Below, in pieces: positions 48,083 through 59,582 of a stretch of 61,914 nt of DNA (the stretch's first letter is position 1; each line of letters begins with the position of its first letter). The position numbers and the translations under genes were made by a program. The notes under the pieces were generated by a model. That model saw only the letters and a program-made list of their open reading frames with translations, did no database searches and was not told where the DNA came from. Origin of the DNA: Terriglobia bacterium (lineage in GTDB: Bacteria > Acidobacteriota > Terriglobia > Acidiferrales > UBA7541); NCBI GenBank assembly GCA_041493955.1, contig JBGPZW010000001.1, positions 1-61,914 of the forward strand, written 5' to 3'.

Positions 48083-49813
48083 CTAGGTGATAGCGACTTC
48101 TTCGTAGGTGCCGAAGACCTGGCGCAGGGTGTCGCAGATTTCGCCGAGCGTGGCGTAGGCCTTCACAGCTTCGTAGATGTGGGGCATCAAATTCTCGCTA
48201 CCCTGGGCAGCGTTGCGCAGGGCCGCGAGGTGGCGCGCGACCTCGTTGTTCGACCGCTCTGCCCGCAGCTTGTGCATGCGCGCGCGCTGGCGCTCGGCGA
48301 CGCTTTCGTCGATCGTGAGAATGTCGATGTGCTGTTCCTGGGCGACGTACTCGTTCACGCCGACGATGATCTTCTCCTTGCGGTCCACGGCCATCTGATA
48401 GCGGTAGGAGGCTTCGGCGATCTCGCGCTGCGGGTAGGAGCGCTCGATGGCCGCAACCATGCCGCCGAGCGCGTCGATTTTTTCCATGTAGTCCCAGGCG
48501 CCGCGCTCGACCTCATTGGTGAGCGTCTCGAGGAAATACGAGCCACCGAGCGGGTCCACGGTGCTGGTGACACCGCTTTCGTGGGCGATAATCTGCTGGG
48601 TGCGCAGCGCGACGGTGGCGGCAAATTCGGTGGGAAGCGCCCAGGCCTCATCCAGCGAGTTGGTGTGCAGCGACTGCGTGCCGCCCAGCACGGCAGCCAA
48701 CGCTTGGATGGCCGTGCGCACGACATTGTTATAGGGCTGCTGCGCAGTCAGTGAGCAGCCAGCCGTCTGGGTATGGAAGCGCAGCGTCAGGGCGCGCTCA
48801 GTTTTAGCGCCGAAGCGCTCGCGCATCGTCTTGTACCAGATGCGGCGAGCGGCGCGGTATTTGGCAATCTCCTCGAAAAAGTCGTTGTGCGCGTTGAAGA
48901 AGAAAGACATCCGAGGCACGAACTCTTCCACGTCCAGGCCGCGCCGCAGGGCCCACTCAACGTACTCGATACCGTCGCGCAACGTAAAGGCGAGCTCCTG
49001 GATGGCGGTCGAACCGGCCTCCCGGATGTGGTAGCCGCTGACGGAGATCACGTTGTACTTCGGCGTGTGCCGGGTGCAGAACTCGAAGGTATCGATCACC
49101 AGCCGCATGGACGGCTCGGGCGGGTAAATGTATTCCTTCTGTGCGATGTATTCCTTGAGGATATCGTTCTGGCAGGTGCCGGAGATTTTTTTCCAGTCGG
49201 CGCCCTGCTTTTCGGCCACGGCCAGGTACATGGCCCAGATCACCGCGGCGGGGGAGTTGATGGTCATCGAAGTGGTGACGTCGGCCAGCGGGATCTGGTC
49301 GAAGAGCACCTCCATGTCCGCCAGCGAGCTGATGGCCACGCCGCACTTGCCCACTTCGCCTTCCGAGAGGGCGTGGTCGGAGTCGTAGCCCATCAACGTG
49401 GGCAGGTCGAAGGCAACCGAAAGGCCGGTCTGGCCGTGAGCGAGCAGGTAACGGAAGCGCTTATTCGTGTCTTCGGCGGTGCCGAACCCGGCGAACTGGC
49501 GCATGGTCCAAAGGCGGCCACGGTGCATGGTGGCGTGAATGCCGCGCGTGTAGGGCGGCTGGCCGGGAAAGCCGAGGTCGCGCTCGAAGTCCCAACCCTC
49601 GAGATCCGCGGGGGTATAGAGGCGGCGAACGGGGTGGCTGGAGATCGTCGTGAATTCGGCGGCACGCTCGGGCGATTTCTCGAGCGTGGGCTTGAGGACT
49701 TTTTCTTCCCACTCCTGTTCGCGCGGAGAACTCTTGCGTTTTTCCGCCACCGTCCCCGCTGCGGATGGGGCAGCCGAACTGACGTTTCCTTTATTGCGCG
49801 TCATTTTGGACAT
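48083..49813 (-). CDS. Methylmalonyl-CoA mutase family, large catalytic (substrate-binding TIM-barrel) subunit
   Basis: 576-aa ORF containing [62 protein letters not shown] and GYHIREAG. These are canonical MCM N-terminal domain blocks. Confidence 0.92.
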   Translation of the reverse strand: MSKMTRNKGNVSSAAPSAAGTVAEKRKSSPREQEWEEKVLKPTLEKSPERAAEFTTISSHPVRRLYTPADLEGWDFERDLGFPGQPPYTRGIHATMHRGRLWTMRQFAGFGTAEDTNKRFRYLLAHGQTGLSVAFDLPTLMGYDSDHALSEGEVGKCGVAISSLADMEVLFDQIPLADVTTSMTINSPAAVIWAMYLAVAEKQGADWKKISGTCQNDILKEYIAQKEYIYPPEPSMRLVIDTFEFCTRHTPKYNVISVSGYHIREAGSTAIQELAFTLRDGIEYVEWALRRGLDVEEFVPRMSFFFNAHNDFFEEIAKYRAARRIWYKTMRERFGAKTERALTLRFHTQTAGCSLTAQQPYNNVVRTAIQALAAVLGGTQSLHTNSLDEAWALPTEFAATVALRTQQIIAHESGVTSTVDPLGGSYFLETLTNEVERGAWDYMEKIDALGGMVAAIERSYPQREIAEASYRYQMAVDRKEKIIVGVNEYVAQEQHIDILTIDESVAERQRARMHKLRAERSNNEVARHLAALRNAAQGSENLMPHIYEAVKAYATLGEICDTLRQVFGTYEEVAIT

Positions 49814-50052
49814 GAAAGGTCCGGCTCATACCGCGTCGCGAGACCAAGAGGCCCGCGCAGTGCAATGCAAGACACATCGCGATAGTAAGCCAACCTTGGA
49901 GAGCGAGCAAGCCCGCCCGCTGAATGACCCTGTGCAGGTTTCGCACCGCCAGCGCAATTCAACGAGTGCCAACGAAGAGAGTGACCCGGCGGGAAGCCCC
50001 TCGGGCCACAAGTACTCACTGGATGCAGGTTTTTGTGTGCGGGCGGCCGACC

Positions 50053-52050
50053 TCAGAACTTGCCAGCGGGACCGACGATTTCTCCACTCACAGTTCCGGG
50101 GATCAGCGTCTCGCGGTGCACCTGGCCGCCTTTGGCATCCGCAATGCTGATGCGGTTGGTCTCGAGGGTGCGGCCGAGGGCGCGATCGAAGTCGATCTGC
50201 GCCTTGGCCAGGTCCACCAGGGCGCGCACTTCGACATTCTGCGCCTGGGCGAGGTCGCGCTGCGCCTGAATGACGAAGAAGATCGTCGAAGCGCCAAGCT
50301 GGTATTTCTTCTGCTCGGCGTCGAGTGTCTGATCCTGCAGGACGCGTGATTTCTGCGCGGCTTGGACGCGGGCGCGGTTCTGTTCGAGGGCGATCTGGGC
50401 GTTGCGCACCTCGACGACCACGCCATTCTCGATCTGCTGCAAGCGCGTCTCGGCCTGCCGCTGTTCGAGAATCGCGCGGGCATTGTCGGCCTGCGCGGGG
50501 CGGTTGCGGATCGGGATGGTCAGGTTGAGCTGGAGCGAGTAGGTGGGGAAGTCGGAACCGAAGATGGAACCCAGCGCGTCGTTCAAACCGCTTCGGTTGG
50601 TGCCCAGAATGGGCACTAAGGATGCGGGAAGGAAAAAGTTCGGAATGGCGTTCCCGTTTGCATCCACCACCGGCGAGCCGGCGACGGTCGTGGCCGTTCC
50701 GAGTTTCCTTGAGTTGCCCGCCAGTCCTGTCCAGCCGTACTGGCCGAACAGGGACAAAGTCGGCAGCAGGGCATTGCGCGTGGCGCGGACGTTAATATCG
50801 CGGTTTTTCAGGTCCGCCACTGACTGGAGCACGTCAGGCCGCTTATCCAGGGCTTCTTTGACGGCGTCCTGCAGCGGGAGGATCTCGATCTTGGCAGGCT
50901 GGGCGACCACATCGGTCGGATCAATCTCGACGGCCTGCACGACCGGGTCGAGCGGGTTCTTGGTAATGGCGTTCTTCAGCAGCGTCTGCTGCTGGAGATG
51001 GAGGGTCTGGGAAACGATGAGGTCCTGGCTGGCGCGTGCGACTTCGGCTTCGGCGCGGACCACCTCGATCGGGGCGAGCGTGCCGATCTCCACCTGGCGT
51101 TTGTTGTCGTTATAGAGCTTGTCGGCCAGAGTCACCGAGCGCTGCTTCACTTTGACATCTTCGCGCGCGAAGACCAGCTCCCAATAGAGGTTTTCCACTT
51201 GCGTGACCGTGGTGATGACCTGTTGTGCGAAAGCGAGATCGGCGATTTTCTTGCTGTTCTTGGCGATGCGGATGAAGCGGGTGTTGGCCAGCAGGCCAAA
51301 GCCATTCAGCAATTGCTGGGTGAAGGAGACAAACAACGTGGACTGCACCGACGGGTTAAACAACGCCGCCGGCGAACTGGTGGAGGCGCGCGTGTTGTTC
51401 TGAGTTACGGCAAGAGCCGTGCCGGTGTGAAATCCCTGGGAATACTGAAAGTTTGCCTGGGTCGTGTGGTTCACGAGAGGAACCAGTGCGCCGGTGGGCT
51501 GGCCGATGCCCGAAAGGAAGGGGTTGTTCACCGGGGTGGCGCGGTGATCCAGGCTAAGAGTTGAGGTCACCTGGGGGTCAAAGGTCTGCGCCGGAATGGC
51601 GCCCAGAACCGAAGCCGTGCCGGTGCCAGCCAGACCGCGCGAAGCCCCGCCGCCCTGGGTGCGCAGGATATCGGTCTCCGCAATCCACGGGGTGTAACGC
51701 TGCACGGCGATGTCTAGATTGTTTTCCAGCGCCAGCGCGATGGCATCCTGGAGGCTGAGCTCCATCTTCCCATCGTGGATGAGCTGCTCGAAGCGCGGCG
51801 AGTTGGTCAGTTGCGGCGGCGCGACCTTAATCGGCGCGTAGGGCGCGATGAGGTTCGGAAACGCGCGCGGCCCCCGGGAGTAATCCTGGTTAGACACCTG
51901 CAGCGTGTAACCGGGTGCCGCCTGGGTCTGCCCCGGCGTCTGCGGCTTGCTCTTGGATTCCGACTGGCCATAAGCGGGTGCCACGGGCGCCGCGACAATC
52001 GCCAGCGCCAGCAGCCGCGCGGCAGCAGAACGAACTACCCTTGCGATCAT
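50053..52050 (-). CDS. TolC family outer-membrane protein
   Basis: It starts at MIARVVRSAAARLLALAIVAAPVAPAYGQ (signal peptide). The tandem OEP repeat pattern is present (LSLQDAIALALENNLDIA..., LQDAVKEALDKRPDV...). Confidence 0.85.
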   Translation of the reverse strand: MIARVVRSAAARLLALAIVAAPVAPAYGQSESKSKPQTPGQTQAAPGYTLQVSNQDYSRGPRAFPNLIAPYAPIKVAPPQLTNSPRFEQLIHDGKMELSLQDAIALALENNLDIAVQRYTPWIAETDILRTQGGGASRGLAGTGTASVLGAIPAQTFDPQVTSTLSLDHRATPVNNPFLSGIGQPTGALVPLVNHTTQANFQYSQGFHTGTALAVTQNNTRASTSSPAALFNPSVQSTLFVSFTQQLLNGFGLLANTRFIRIAKNSKKIADLAFAQQVITTVTQVENLYWELVFAREDVKVKQRSVTLADKLYNDNKRQVEIGTLAPIEVVRAEAEVARASQDLIVSQTLHLQQQTLLKNAITKNPLDPVVQAVEIDPTDVVAQPAKIEILPLQDAVKEALDKRPDVLQSVADLKNRDINVRATRNALLPTLSLFGQYGWTGLAGNSRKLGTATTVAGSPVVDANGNAIPNFFLPASLVPILGTNRSGLNDALGSIFGSDFPTYSLQLNLTIPIRNRPAQADNARAILEQRQAETRLQQIENGVVVEVRNAQIALEQNRARVQAAQKSRVLQDQTLDAEQKKYQLGASTIFFVIQAQRDLAQAQNVEVRALVDLAKAQIDFDRALGRTLETNRISIADAKGGQVHRETLIPGTVSGEIVGPAGKF

Positions 52051-52409
52051 AATGTTTGTCCTCTCCCAGCAGTGTGATTCAAGCGAGAGTATCCCCGCAA
52101 CCCTCAAATCCTTTTAACGTCCCCAAGGGCCGGTTTGTTTCAATTATTTTGTCCCAGCAGGGCCGCCCGGTCGGGACATTCTTCCCCCCTTCGAGATTAG
52201 ACGCGCGAAGAGTCATACAGTCACAGCCGGCTTCACGGTGCGGCGGCGCACGCCGGGGGGAACGCGCCAGTTTATCAGCGCCGGGATTCCTTGACAACGC
52301 GGGTCGCCGCCGTTACCCTTTGCCCGCAGCAAGAGGATAGGCGCGTTCCCGGGACCAGCAAGAGTTTCCCGCCTGCCTGCGATGGCAGCCGAGAGACTGT
52401 GGGGCGACG

Positions 52410-53018
52410 ATGCGACCCGAAGAAGTGCTCAAAGTGCTGGAATCGGTGGGGGCCATCCGCCAGGGGCATTTTGAACTTTCCTCCGGGCTGCACAGCGGCA
52501 CCTACGTCCAGTGCGCCCTGGCCTTGCAGCATCCCCGCTACGCCGAACAACTTGGCCGCGCCCTGGCGGCGGAATTCCACGACTTGCGCGTGGATTGCGT
52601 GGCCGCACCGGCGGTCGGAGGGATTATCCTCGGCCACGAAGTGGCTCGGGCGACCCCCGGACGCGTCGCCAGCGCCACCCCGCGGGCTATCTTTGCCGAA
52701 CGGGATGCCAGCGGCTGGATGACGCTGCGCCGCGGCTTCGAGGTGGAGCCTGGCGAGCACGTGCTGGTGGTCGAAGACGTGTGGACCACCGGTGGGTCCA
52801 CGTTTGAAACCATCCGCGTGATCGAAGAAGCCGGTGGGCGCGTGGTGGCCGTTGGGGCGTTGATCGATCGCAGCGGCGGGCGGCTGGAGTTCCCCGTGCG
52901 GGCCGAAGCCCTGGTGGAGCTCCGGATCGAAAGCTACGACGCCTCGGACTGCCCATTATGCCGCGCCGGCAGCGGTGCGGTGCGTCCCGGCAGCCGGTTC
53001 CTCCGCGTCACCCCGTAG
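52410..53018 (+). CDS. pyrE: Orotate phosphoribosyltransferase
   Basis: The sequence contains IRQGHFELSSGLHSGTYVQC... and the PRPP-binding VLVVEDVWTTGGS. Confidence 0.88.
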   Translation: MRPEEVLKVLESVGAIRQGHFELSSGLHSGTYVQCALALQHPRYAEQLGRALAAEFHDLRVDCVAAPAVGGIILGHEVARATPGRVASATPRAIFAERDASGWMTLRRGFEVEPGEHVLVVEDVWTTGGSTFETIRVIEEAGGRVVAVGALIDRSGGRLEFPVRAEALVELRIESYDASDCPLCRAGSGAVRPGSRFLRVTP

Positions 53019-53169
53019 CCCTGCCTTAGGAGGTACGTTGCCGAGATAGGCCGCGCCACCCACTTGCGCCCCGATGTTGTCAGGCTTGCGAGTTCCTCTT
53101 CCCCGTGTCATTTGTGTCAGAGGAGCGTAAAATACCTGCCCAGCGCTCGTTATTTGGTGACAATTGAAA

Positions 53170-53853
53170 ATGGCCGCGACCAGAAAGATTCGCGAGCTCG
53201 GGGATTCCTCCGCCGTCGCCGCGTATGGGGAGCACGCGGCTGCTTTGGTGGGCGCGGGACGCGCCTTTCACCGCCGCGGCTGGGTGCTCGGCACCAGCGG
53301 CAACTTCAGCGCGGTTGTTTCGCGCGAACCCCTGCGGCTGGCCATCACGGCCTCCGGGGCGGACAAAGGCGCGCTGAGTGCAGACCAGATCCTTGAGGTC
53401 GACGGCTCCGAAAGGGTGTTGCGCGGAGAGGGAAAACCCTCTGCCGAAGCTCTGCTTCATCTCGCCCTGGTCCGCGAGCGATCCGCCGGGGCTGTCCTGC
53501 ACACGCATTCGGCGTGGAGCACGATCCTCTCCGAGACGTTCCGTCCCCACGGCGGCCTGGAGATCACCGGCTACGAAATGCTGAAAGGCCTGCGCGGGGT
53601 GACCACACACGAGCATTGCGAGTGGCTGCCCATCCTGGAGAATTCGCAGGACATGCCGGCACTGGCCCGACAAGTTGCCGGAGTGCTGGTGGCTCATCCG
53701 AGCGCGCACGGATTTCTCCTGTGCGGGCACGGGCTTTATACTTGGGGGCGAGACATCCAGGAGGCGCAGAGGCACGTCGAGATCCTGGAGTTCCTGTTGG
53801 AAGTTATCGGCCGGATGCGCTACGTCGCTGGTGGCGGCGCCACGGGGCTTTGA
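53170..53853 (+). CDS. mtnB: Methylthioribulose-1-phosphate dehydratase
   Basis: This is a class II aldolase/adducin fold. Motifs present are [33 protein letters not shown] and [12 protein letters not shown] at 53164 is an alternative start. Confidence 0.85.
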   Translation: MAATRKIRELGDSSAVAAYGEHAAALVGAGRAFHRRGWVLGTSGNFSAVVSREPLRLAITASGADKGALSADQILEVDGSERVLRGEGKPSAEALLHLALVRERSAGAVLHTHSAWSTILSETFRPHGGLEITGYEMLKGLRGVTTHEHCEWLPILENSQDMPALARQVAGVLVAHPSAHGFLLCGHGLYTWGRDIQEAQRHVEILEFLLEVIGRMRYVAGGGATGL

Positions 53854-53907
53854 GCGGCTGGCCGGACTGGCAGTTTCACATCTGGCCGGAGGCCGGAGGC
53901 AAAAGTC

Positions 53908-54474
53908 ATGGCTACGATCAGAATCCCCGACGAGAATCGGACCCTCGCCGATCCGGAAGCTGTCCACCGCTACCTGGGCAGCCTCGGCATCGACTATGAA
54001 CGCTGGGAACCCTCGCGCCCGGTTGCGCCCACCGCAACGGCGGAGGAGATCCTGGCGGCTTATGCTCCTGAAATCGAACGGCTCAAGGCCAGCGGGGGTT
54101 ATGTAACCGCCGACGTGATTGATGTCCACCCACAAATGCCGGGCCTCGAAGCCATGCTGAATAAGTTCAACTCCGAGCACTGGCATGATGAGGACGAGGT
54201 GCGCTTCATTATCGAGGGCCGGGGACTATTTCATATCCGTCCGCGCTCGGGGCCGGTGATTGCCATCGAAGTCGAAGCGGGCGATCTCATCCGCGTGCCG
54301 CGCGGCACCTGGCACTGGTTTGACCTGTGCCCCGATCGCCGCATCCGTGCCATCCGGCTTTTCCAGAATCCGGCCGGATGGACGCCGCACTACACGGGAA
54401 GCGGAGTGGACAAGAATTACCAGCCCGTGTGCTTTGGACCGGCCTACCTGCCGCGCCAGACGACGCTGAGCTGA
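53908..54474 (+). CDS. mtnD: Acireductone dioxygenase (ARD cupin)
   Basis: The sequence contains [21 protein letters not shown]...[14 protein letters not shown]...IRAIRLF, which carries the ARD metal-binding motifs. Confidence 0.88.
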   Translation: MATIRIPDENRTLADPEAVHRYLGSLGIDYERWEPSRPVAPTATAEEILAAYAPEIERLKASGGYVTADVIDVHPQMPGLEAMLNKFNSEHWHDEDEVRFIIEGRGLFHIRPRSGPVIAIEVEAGDLIRVPRGTWHWFDLCPDRRIRAIRLFQNPAGWTPHYTGSGVDKNYQPVCFGPAYLPRQTTLS

Positions 54475-54476
54475 TC

Positions 54477-55238
54477 TTGACCGCACGGCTTGACCCCGCA
54501 AGAACCCGTGCCCTTCTGCTGGACATCGAAGGCACCAGCACGCCAGTGGACTTCGTCTATCTCACGCTGTTTCCCTTTGCGCGGGCGCGTGTCGGAGAAT
54601 TCCTGGACCGGCACCACGCAAGCAATGACGTTGCCGCCGAGATCGAAGTCCTCCGGGGGGAGCGGGATGCGGAGGCGAACCACATTGCGGGCGTACCGCC
54701 ATGGCGTGAGGACACCGCCAGCGAGCGCACCGAATCAGCCGCGGCGTTTGTCCGCTGGTTGATCGATCACGACCGCAAGCTCACGGCGCTCAAGTCCCTG
54801 CAAGGAAGGATCTGGGAAGCAGGTTACCGGAGCGGAGAACTGCGGGGGCCGGTGTATCCGGACGTGCCGCCGGCCTTCGCGCGGTGGCGCAGGCAGGGCA
54901 GAACGATCGCCATTTTCTCGTCGGGCAGTGTACTGGCGCAGAAGCTCCTTTTCACTCATTCAACCGCGGGTGATTTGACGTCGTTCATTGGCGGATACTT
55001 TGACACAACAACCGGGCCCAAGAAGGAAGAAACAAGTTACCTCCGGATCGCGGCGGCCCTCAGCCTTGCACCGGGGCAGGTTCTCTACGTCTCCGACGTG
55101 GTAGCGGAGCTGGATGCGGCCCGGCGGACAGGCATGCAGACGGCGTTGTGCGTCCGTGGCGAGACGAGGGAAGCTTCGGCATGTTCGGACACCGCCGCGC
55201 ATCCGGTAGTGCACAGTTTTGACCCCGTGTTTCCGTAA
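54477..55238 (+). CDS. mtnC: Enolase-phosphatase E1 (HAD family)
   Basis: Motifs present are ALLLDIEGTSTPVDFV (DxEGT), LKSLQGRIWEAGY, IFSSGSV, and the YVSDV..ELDAAR..G pattern. The start is uncertain: TTG 54477 directly follows the mtnD stop. The track ORF from 54327 overlaps mtnD. Confidence 0.8.
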   Translation: MTARLDPARTRALLLDIEGTSTPVDFVYLTLFPFARARVGEFLDRHHASNDVAAEIEVLRGERDAEANHIAGVPPWREDTASERTESAAAFVRWLIDHDRKLTALKSLQGRIWEAGYRSGELRGPVYPDVPPAFARWRRQGRTIAIFSSGSVLAQKLLFTHSTAGDLTSFIGGYFDTTTGPKKEETSYLRIAAALSLAPGQVLYVSDVVAELDAARRTGMQTALCVRGETREASACSDTAAHPVVHSFDPVFP

Positions 55239-55320
55239 CCACTGAGGATTCGTGTGCCGGTCCCTTTGCCGCTTCGCTCCCCTGCACCAAGTCCCGGTCA
55301 TGCGATAATCGGGCGCTTCG

Positions 55321-56103
55321 ATGCACAACATCAAACTCACACTGGCTTACGACGGGACCGACTTTCGTGGATGGCAGATTCAGCCCGGGCAACCGACTAT
55401 CCAGGGCGCGCTAACCGAGGTCCTGCGCAAGCTGACCCAGGAAAAACTTGCCGTGCACGGCGCCGGGCGCACCGACGCCGGAGTGCACGCGCGGGGGCAG
55501 GTGGCGCATTTTAAGACGCACTCCGAGCTGACGCCGGCGCAGTTCCAGCGGGCTTTCAATGCCTTGCTGCCGCCGACGATCCGCGTGGTCAGGGCCGAAG
55601 AGGTTGGTCCTGACTTTCACGCGCGCTGGCAGGCGCTGGCGAAGATCTATCAGTACCGCATCTTTCGCGGGCCGGTCGTGCCGCCCGATCAATGGCGGTT
55701 TGTCCTGCACTATCCGTACCCGCTGGAGCTTGCGGCGATGACTGAAGCCGCCCGCCTGTTTGAAGGCGAGCACGACTTCACTTCCTTTGCTGCTTCGACC
55801 GGCTGCGAGGACGACGACCACGGCCGCACCACCGTGCGCGTGATCTATCGCGCGGAGCTGCACGCCAGCGACTCGGGCGATTTGCTGACATTCGTAGTCC
55901 GGGGGCGTTCCTTTCTGCGCTACATGGTTCGCAAAATGGTAGGGACACTGCTCGATGTGGGCCGCGGAAAAATCACCCCGGGCGACATTCCTCAGCTCTT
56001 CGAGCTACGCGACCGCTCTCGCTCCGGCCCCACGGTGCCACCGCAGGGACTGTGGATGGTTTCTGTGGAGTATCCCGAGCCGTGGCGGTCGGGAAGAGAG
56101 TAG
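55321..56103 (+). CDS. truA: tRNA pseudouridine(38-40) synthase
   Basis: The sequence begins MHNIKLTLAYDGTDFRGWQIQPGQPTIQG and contains the catalytic-Asp motif GAGRTDAGVHA. Confidence 0.92.
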   Translation: MHNIKLTLAYDGTDFRGWQIQPGQPTIQGALTEVLRKLTQEKLAVHGAGRTDAGVHARGQVAHFKTHSELTPAQFQRAFNALLPPTIRVVRAEEVGPDFHARWQALAKIYQYRIFRGPVVPPDQWRFVLHYPYPLELAAMTEAARLFEGEHDFTSFAASTGCEDDDHGRTTVRVIYRAELHASDSGDLLTFVVRGRSFLRYMVRKMVGTLLDVGRGKITPGDIPQLFELRDRSRSGPTVPPQGLWMVSVEYPEPWRSGRE

Positions 56104-56163
56104 CGGAACAGGCCGGGAGCAGGCCGCTACACAATTGGGCGGATTCAGGTAGAATCACAGGCA

Positions 56164-57735
56164 ATGGCTGCGCCAGCGACGTTATCGTCATCCATTGATT
56201 CGATCGATCCGGCAACCGGCGAGGTGATTGCCCGCTTTGCGGTCACGCTGCCAGAGGATGTGCCCCTGATCCTGGCGCGGGCGCGCCGAGCGCAGGCGGC
56301 CTGGGCTGCAGAACCGGTCCGCGCGCGTTGCGCCAGGGTGCGTCGGCTGCGGGAAGCCCTCTACGAGCGGCGGCAGGAAATCGCCGATGTAGTGACGCGG
56401 GAAGTGGGCAAGCCGCGGGTCGAATCGCTTTTCGCCGACATACTGGTGTCGCTGGACACGGCTGACTACTACGCGGAGCATGGGGCAGAGTTGCTCCGCT
56501 CCGAGAGTGTTTCCCATCACAACCTTGCGTTCAAGGCCAAGTCCGGCTGGCTGCTCTATGAGCCGTACGGCGTGATCGGGGTGATCTCCGCGTGGAACTA
56601 TCCGCTGGCCATCCCGTTCGGGCAGGCCATTCCTGCAGTGGTGGCAGGCAATGCCGTGGTCTTGAAGCCGTCCGAGCTGACGCCGTGGTGCGGCGCGCTG
56701 GTCGGGGAACTTTTCACGCAGGCGGGTTTTCCGCGCGATCTGGTGCAGGTGATCCAGGGGGGCGGCGATGTAGGCGCGGCGCTGATCGAAGCGGGCCCGG
56801 ACAAAATGATGTTCACCGGCAGCGTGGCCACGGGGAAGCGCATCGCGGAAGCCTGCGCGCGGCAACTGATCCCCTGCGTGCTCGAGCTCGGCGGCAAGGA
56901 CGCCATGATTGTGCTGGCCGACGCGGACCTGGAGGTGGCCTCGAGCGCGGCGGTCTGGGGCAGCTTCACCAACTGCGGCCAGGCGTGCCTCTCGGTTGAA
57001 CGGATCTACGTCGAGCGGGAGATTGCCGAGCGCTTCAGCGAGCGCTGCGCGGCCAAGACGCGGCTGCTCCGGCTGGGGCCGGGCAGCGACCCGCACACCG
57101 AAGTGGGCCCGATGATCCGGGCGGCACAGGTGGACCGCGTGGAGGAGCAATTGCGCGAGACCATCGCGCGCGGCGCGCGAATACTGGCCGGTGGCCGTCG
57201 CCGTCCGGATCTGGGGCCGTGTTTCTTCGAGCCGACCGTGGTGACCGACGTAGACCACTCGATGCGCATGATGCAGGAGGAGACCTTCGGGCCGATCCTG
57301 GCCCTGCGGAGTGTAGAGGATGCGGAGGAGGCCGTGGCCATGGCCAACGATTCGGCCTTCGGTCTGGCTGCCAGCATCTGGACAGGCGACAGCCGCCGGG
57401 GCCGCCACCTGGCCGCGCAGATTCGCGCCGGAGCGGTGATGGTGAACGACGTGGCCAGCTGCTTCGGCATCTCCGAGGCACCGCACGGCGGGCGCGGCGC
57501 GAGCGGTTGGGGCCGGACGCATTCACGGCTTGGTCTGATGGAATTGGTTCAAGTAAAATACGTCGACGTGGACCGGCTGCCACGCTGGCCGAAGTCCTGG
57601 TGGTACGGCTACGATGAAGAGCTGGGCGAGGCCGCCGATCACTTTCTGCAGTTCCTGTTCGCCTCTCAATGGCGGCATCGCTCGCGGAGCGCCTGGGGAG
57701 CCCTCCGGACTGTTTTTCGCGGCCACCGGATTTGA
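56164..57735 (+). CDS. Aldehyde dehydrogenase family protein
   Basis: Motifs present are VISAWNYPL, FTGSVATGK, the catalytic-Glu region ELGGKDA, the catalytic-Cys region NCGQACLSVER, and EETFGP. Confidence 0.9.
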   Translation: MAAPATLSSSIDSIDPATGEVIARFAVTLPEDVPLILARARRAQAAWAAEPVRARCARVRRLREALYERRQEIADVVTREVGKPRVESLFADILVSLDTADYYAEHGAELLRSESVSHHNLAFKAKSGWLLYEPYGVIGVISAWNYPLAIPFGQAIPAVVAGNAVVLKPSELTPWCGALVGELFTQAGFPRDLVQVIQGGGDVGAALIEAGPDKMMFTGSVATGKRIAEACARQLIPCVLELGGKDAMIVLADADLEVASSAAVWGSFTNCGQACLSVERIYVEREIAERFSERCAAKTRLLRLGPGSDPHTEVGPMIRAAQVDRVEEQLRETIARGARILAGGRRRPDLGPCFFEPTVVTDVDHSMRMMQEETFGPILALRSVEDAEEAVAMANDSAFGLAASIWTGDSRRGRHLAAQIRAGAVMVNDVASCFGISEAPHGGRGASGWGRTHSRLGLMELVQVKYVDVDRLPRWPKSWWYGYDEELGEAADHFLQFLFASQWRHRSRSAWGALRTVFRGHRI

Positions 57736-57847
57736 AGAGCGTGAAAGAGAGCCGCCGCCGATGCAGGTAGTTGATTTCTCGGTGTTCTCTCTGCTGAGTT
57801 GTTGATTCCGGAAGAAGGACGCCCAAACAAGGGAGGTCGTCAAGCGC

Positions 57848-58120
57848 ATGTCGGAAACTGCTGCTCCAGTGGCGGGCCAGGAGCCGTCTCAGCCCGCTAC
57901 GCCCAAGATCAAGACGTGCAAACACAAGCAGCGCGCCTGCGACGAGAAAAACGACAAGGGCAAGGTCTGCGCGGGCCACTTGAAGCGCTGGTACGACTAT
58001 CCCAAGGAAATCGAAGCCCTGATCGGGCCCAAGGCTGAGATCTATCGCTGCGAGTTCTGTAAGACGCTCTATCGGCCCGACCCAAAACAGTTGCCCCACA
58101 GCTACACGCTGCGATACTAG
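57848..58120 (+). CDS. Hypothetical small Cys/His-containing protein (possible zinc ribbon)
   Basis: 90-aa ORF with GGGAGG upstream of the ATG. The metal-ligand candidates are C-x6-C ... C-x2-H ... C-x2-C (TCKHKQRAC, VCAGH, RCEFC). Confidence 0.55.
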   Translation: MSETAAPVAGQEPSQPATPKIKTCKHKQRACDEKNDKGKVCAGHLKRWYDYPKEIEALIGPKAEIYRCEFCKTLYRPDPKQLPHSYTLRY

Positions 58121-58204
58121 GGAAAGCTGCGGGAACGATCGGGACGGGCTGGGCGTGGATGACCACGCCGCGAGAGGAAAGCGGTTTCGGTTGACGCAAG
58201 CTGG

Positions 58205-59446
<1,242 letters not shown>

Positions 59447-59582
59447 TTTGCTTCGCGCCGATTGTGGTGCAGCGGGAGGGGAGGTTTTCGGTTGACGCGC
59501 CAGCACATTTGGTGGAGACTGGCGCATCTCGCGGGTCCGGTCACATGCCAAAAGCGAGACACTCAGCGCCAACTTCAAAGCA

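Noticed and set aside
53019-53163. A possible SAM riboswitch upstream of the methionine-salvage genes, and a cobalamin riboswitch upstream of the mutase gene (49814-50052).
   Set aside because: I could not find the conserved SAM-I core or a B12-box-like sequence by eye. Only a covariance-model scan could settle this.
58183-58197. A shared 14-15 nt string (G)GTTT(T)CGGTTGACGC upstream of the LeuA-like gene (58183-58197) and of the M20 peptidase gene (59483-59498), containing a TTGACG -35-like hexamer.
   Set aside because: A match of this length is within chance expectation for all-against-all comparison of a 62-kb window. The first copy is only 8 nt from the ATG, so it cannot be a -35 element for that gene.
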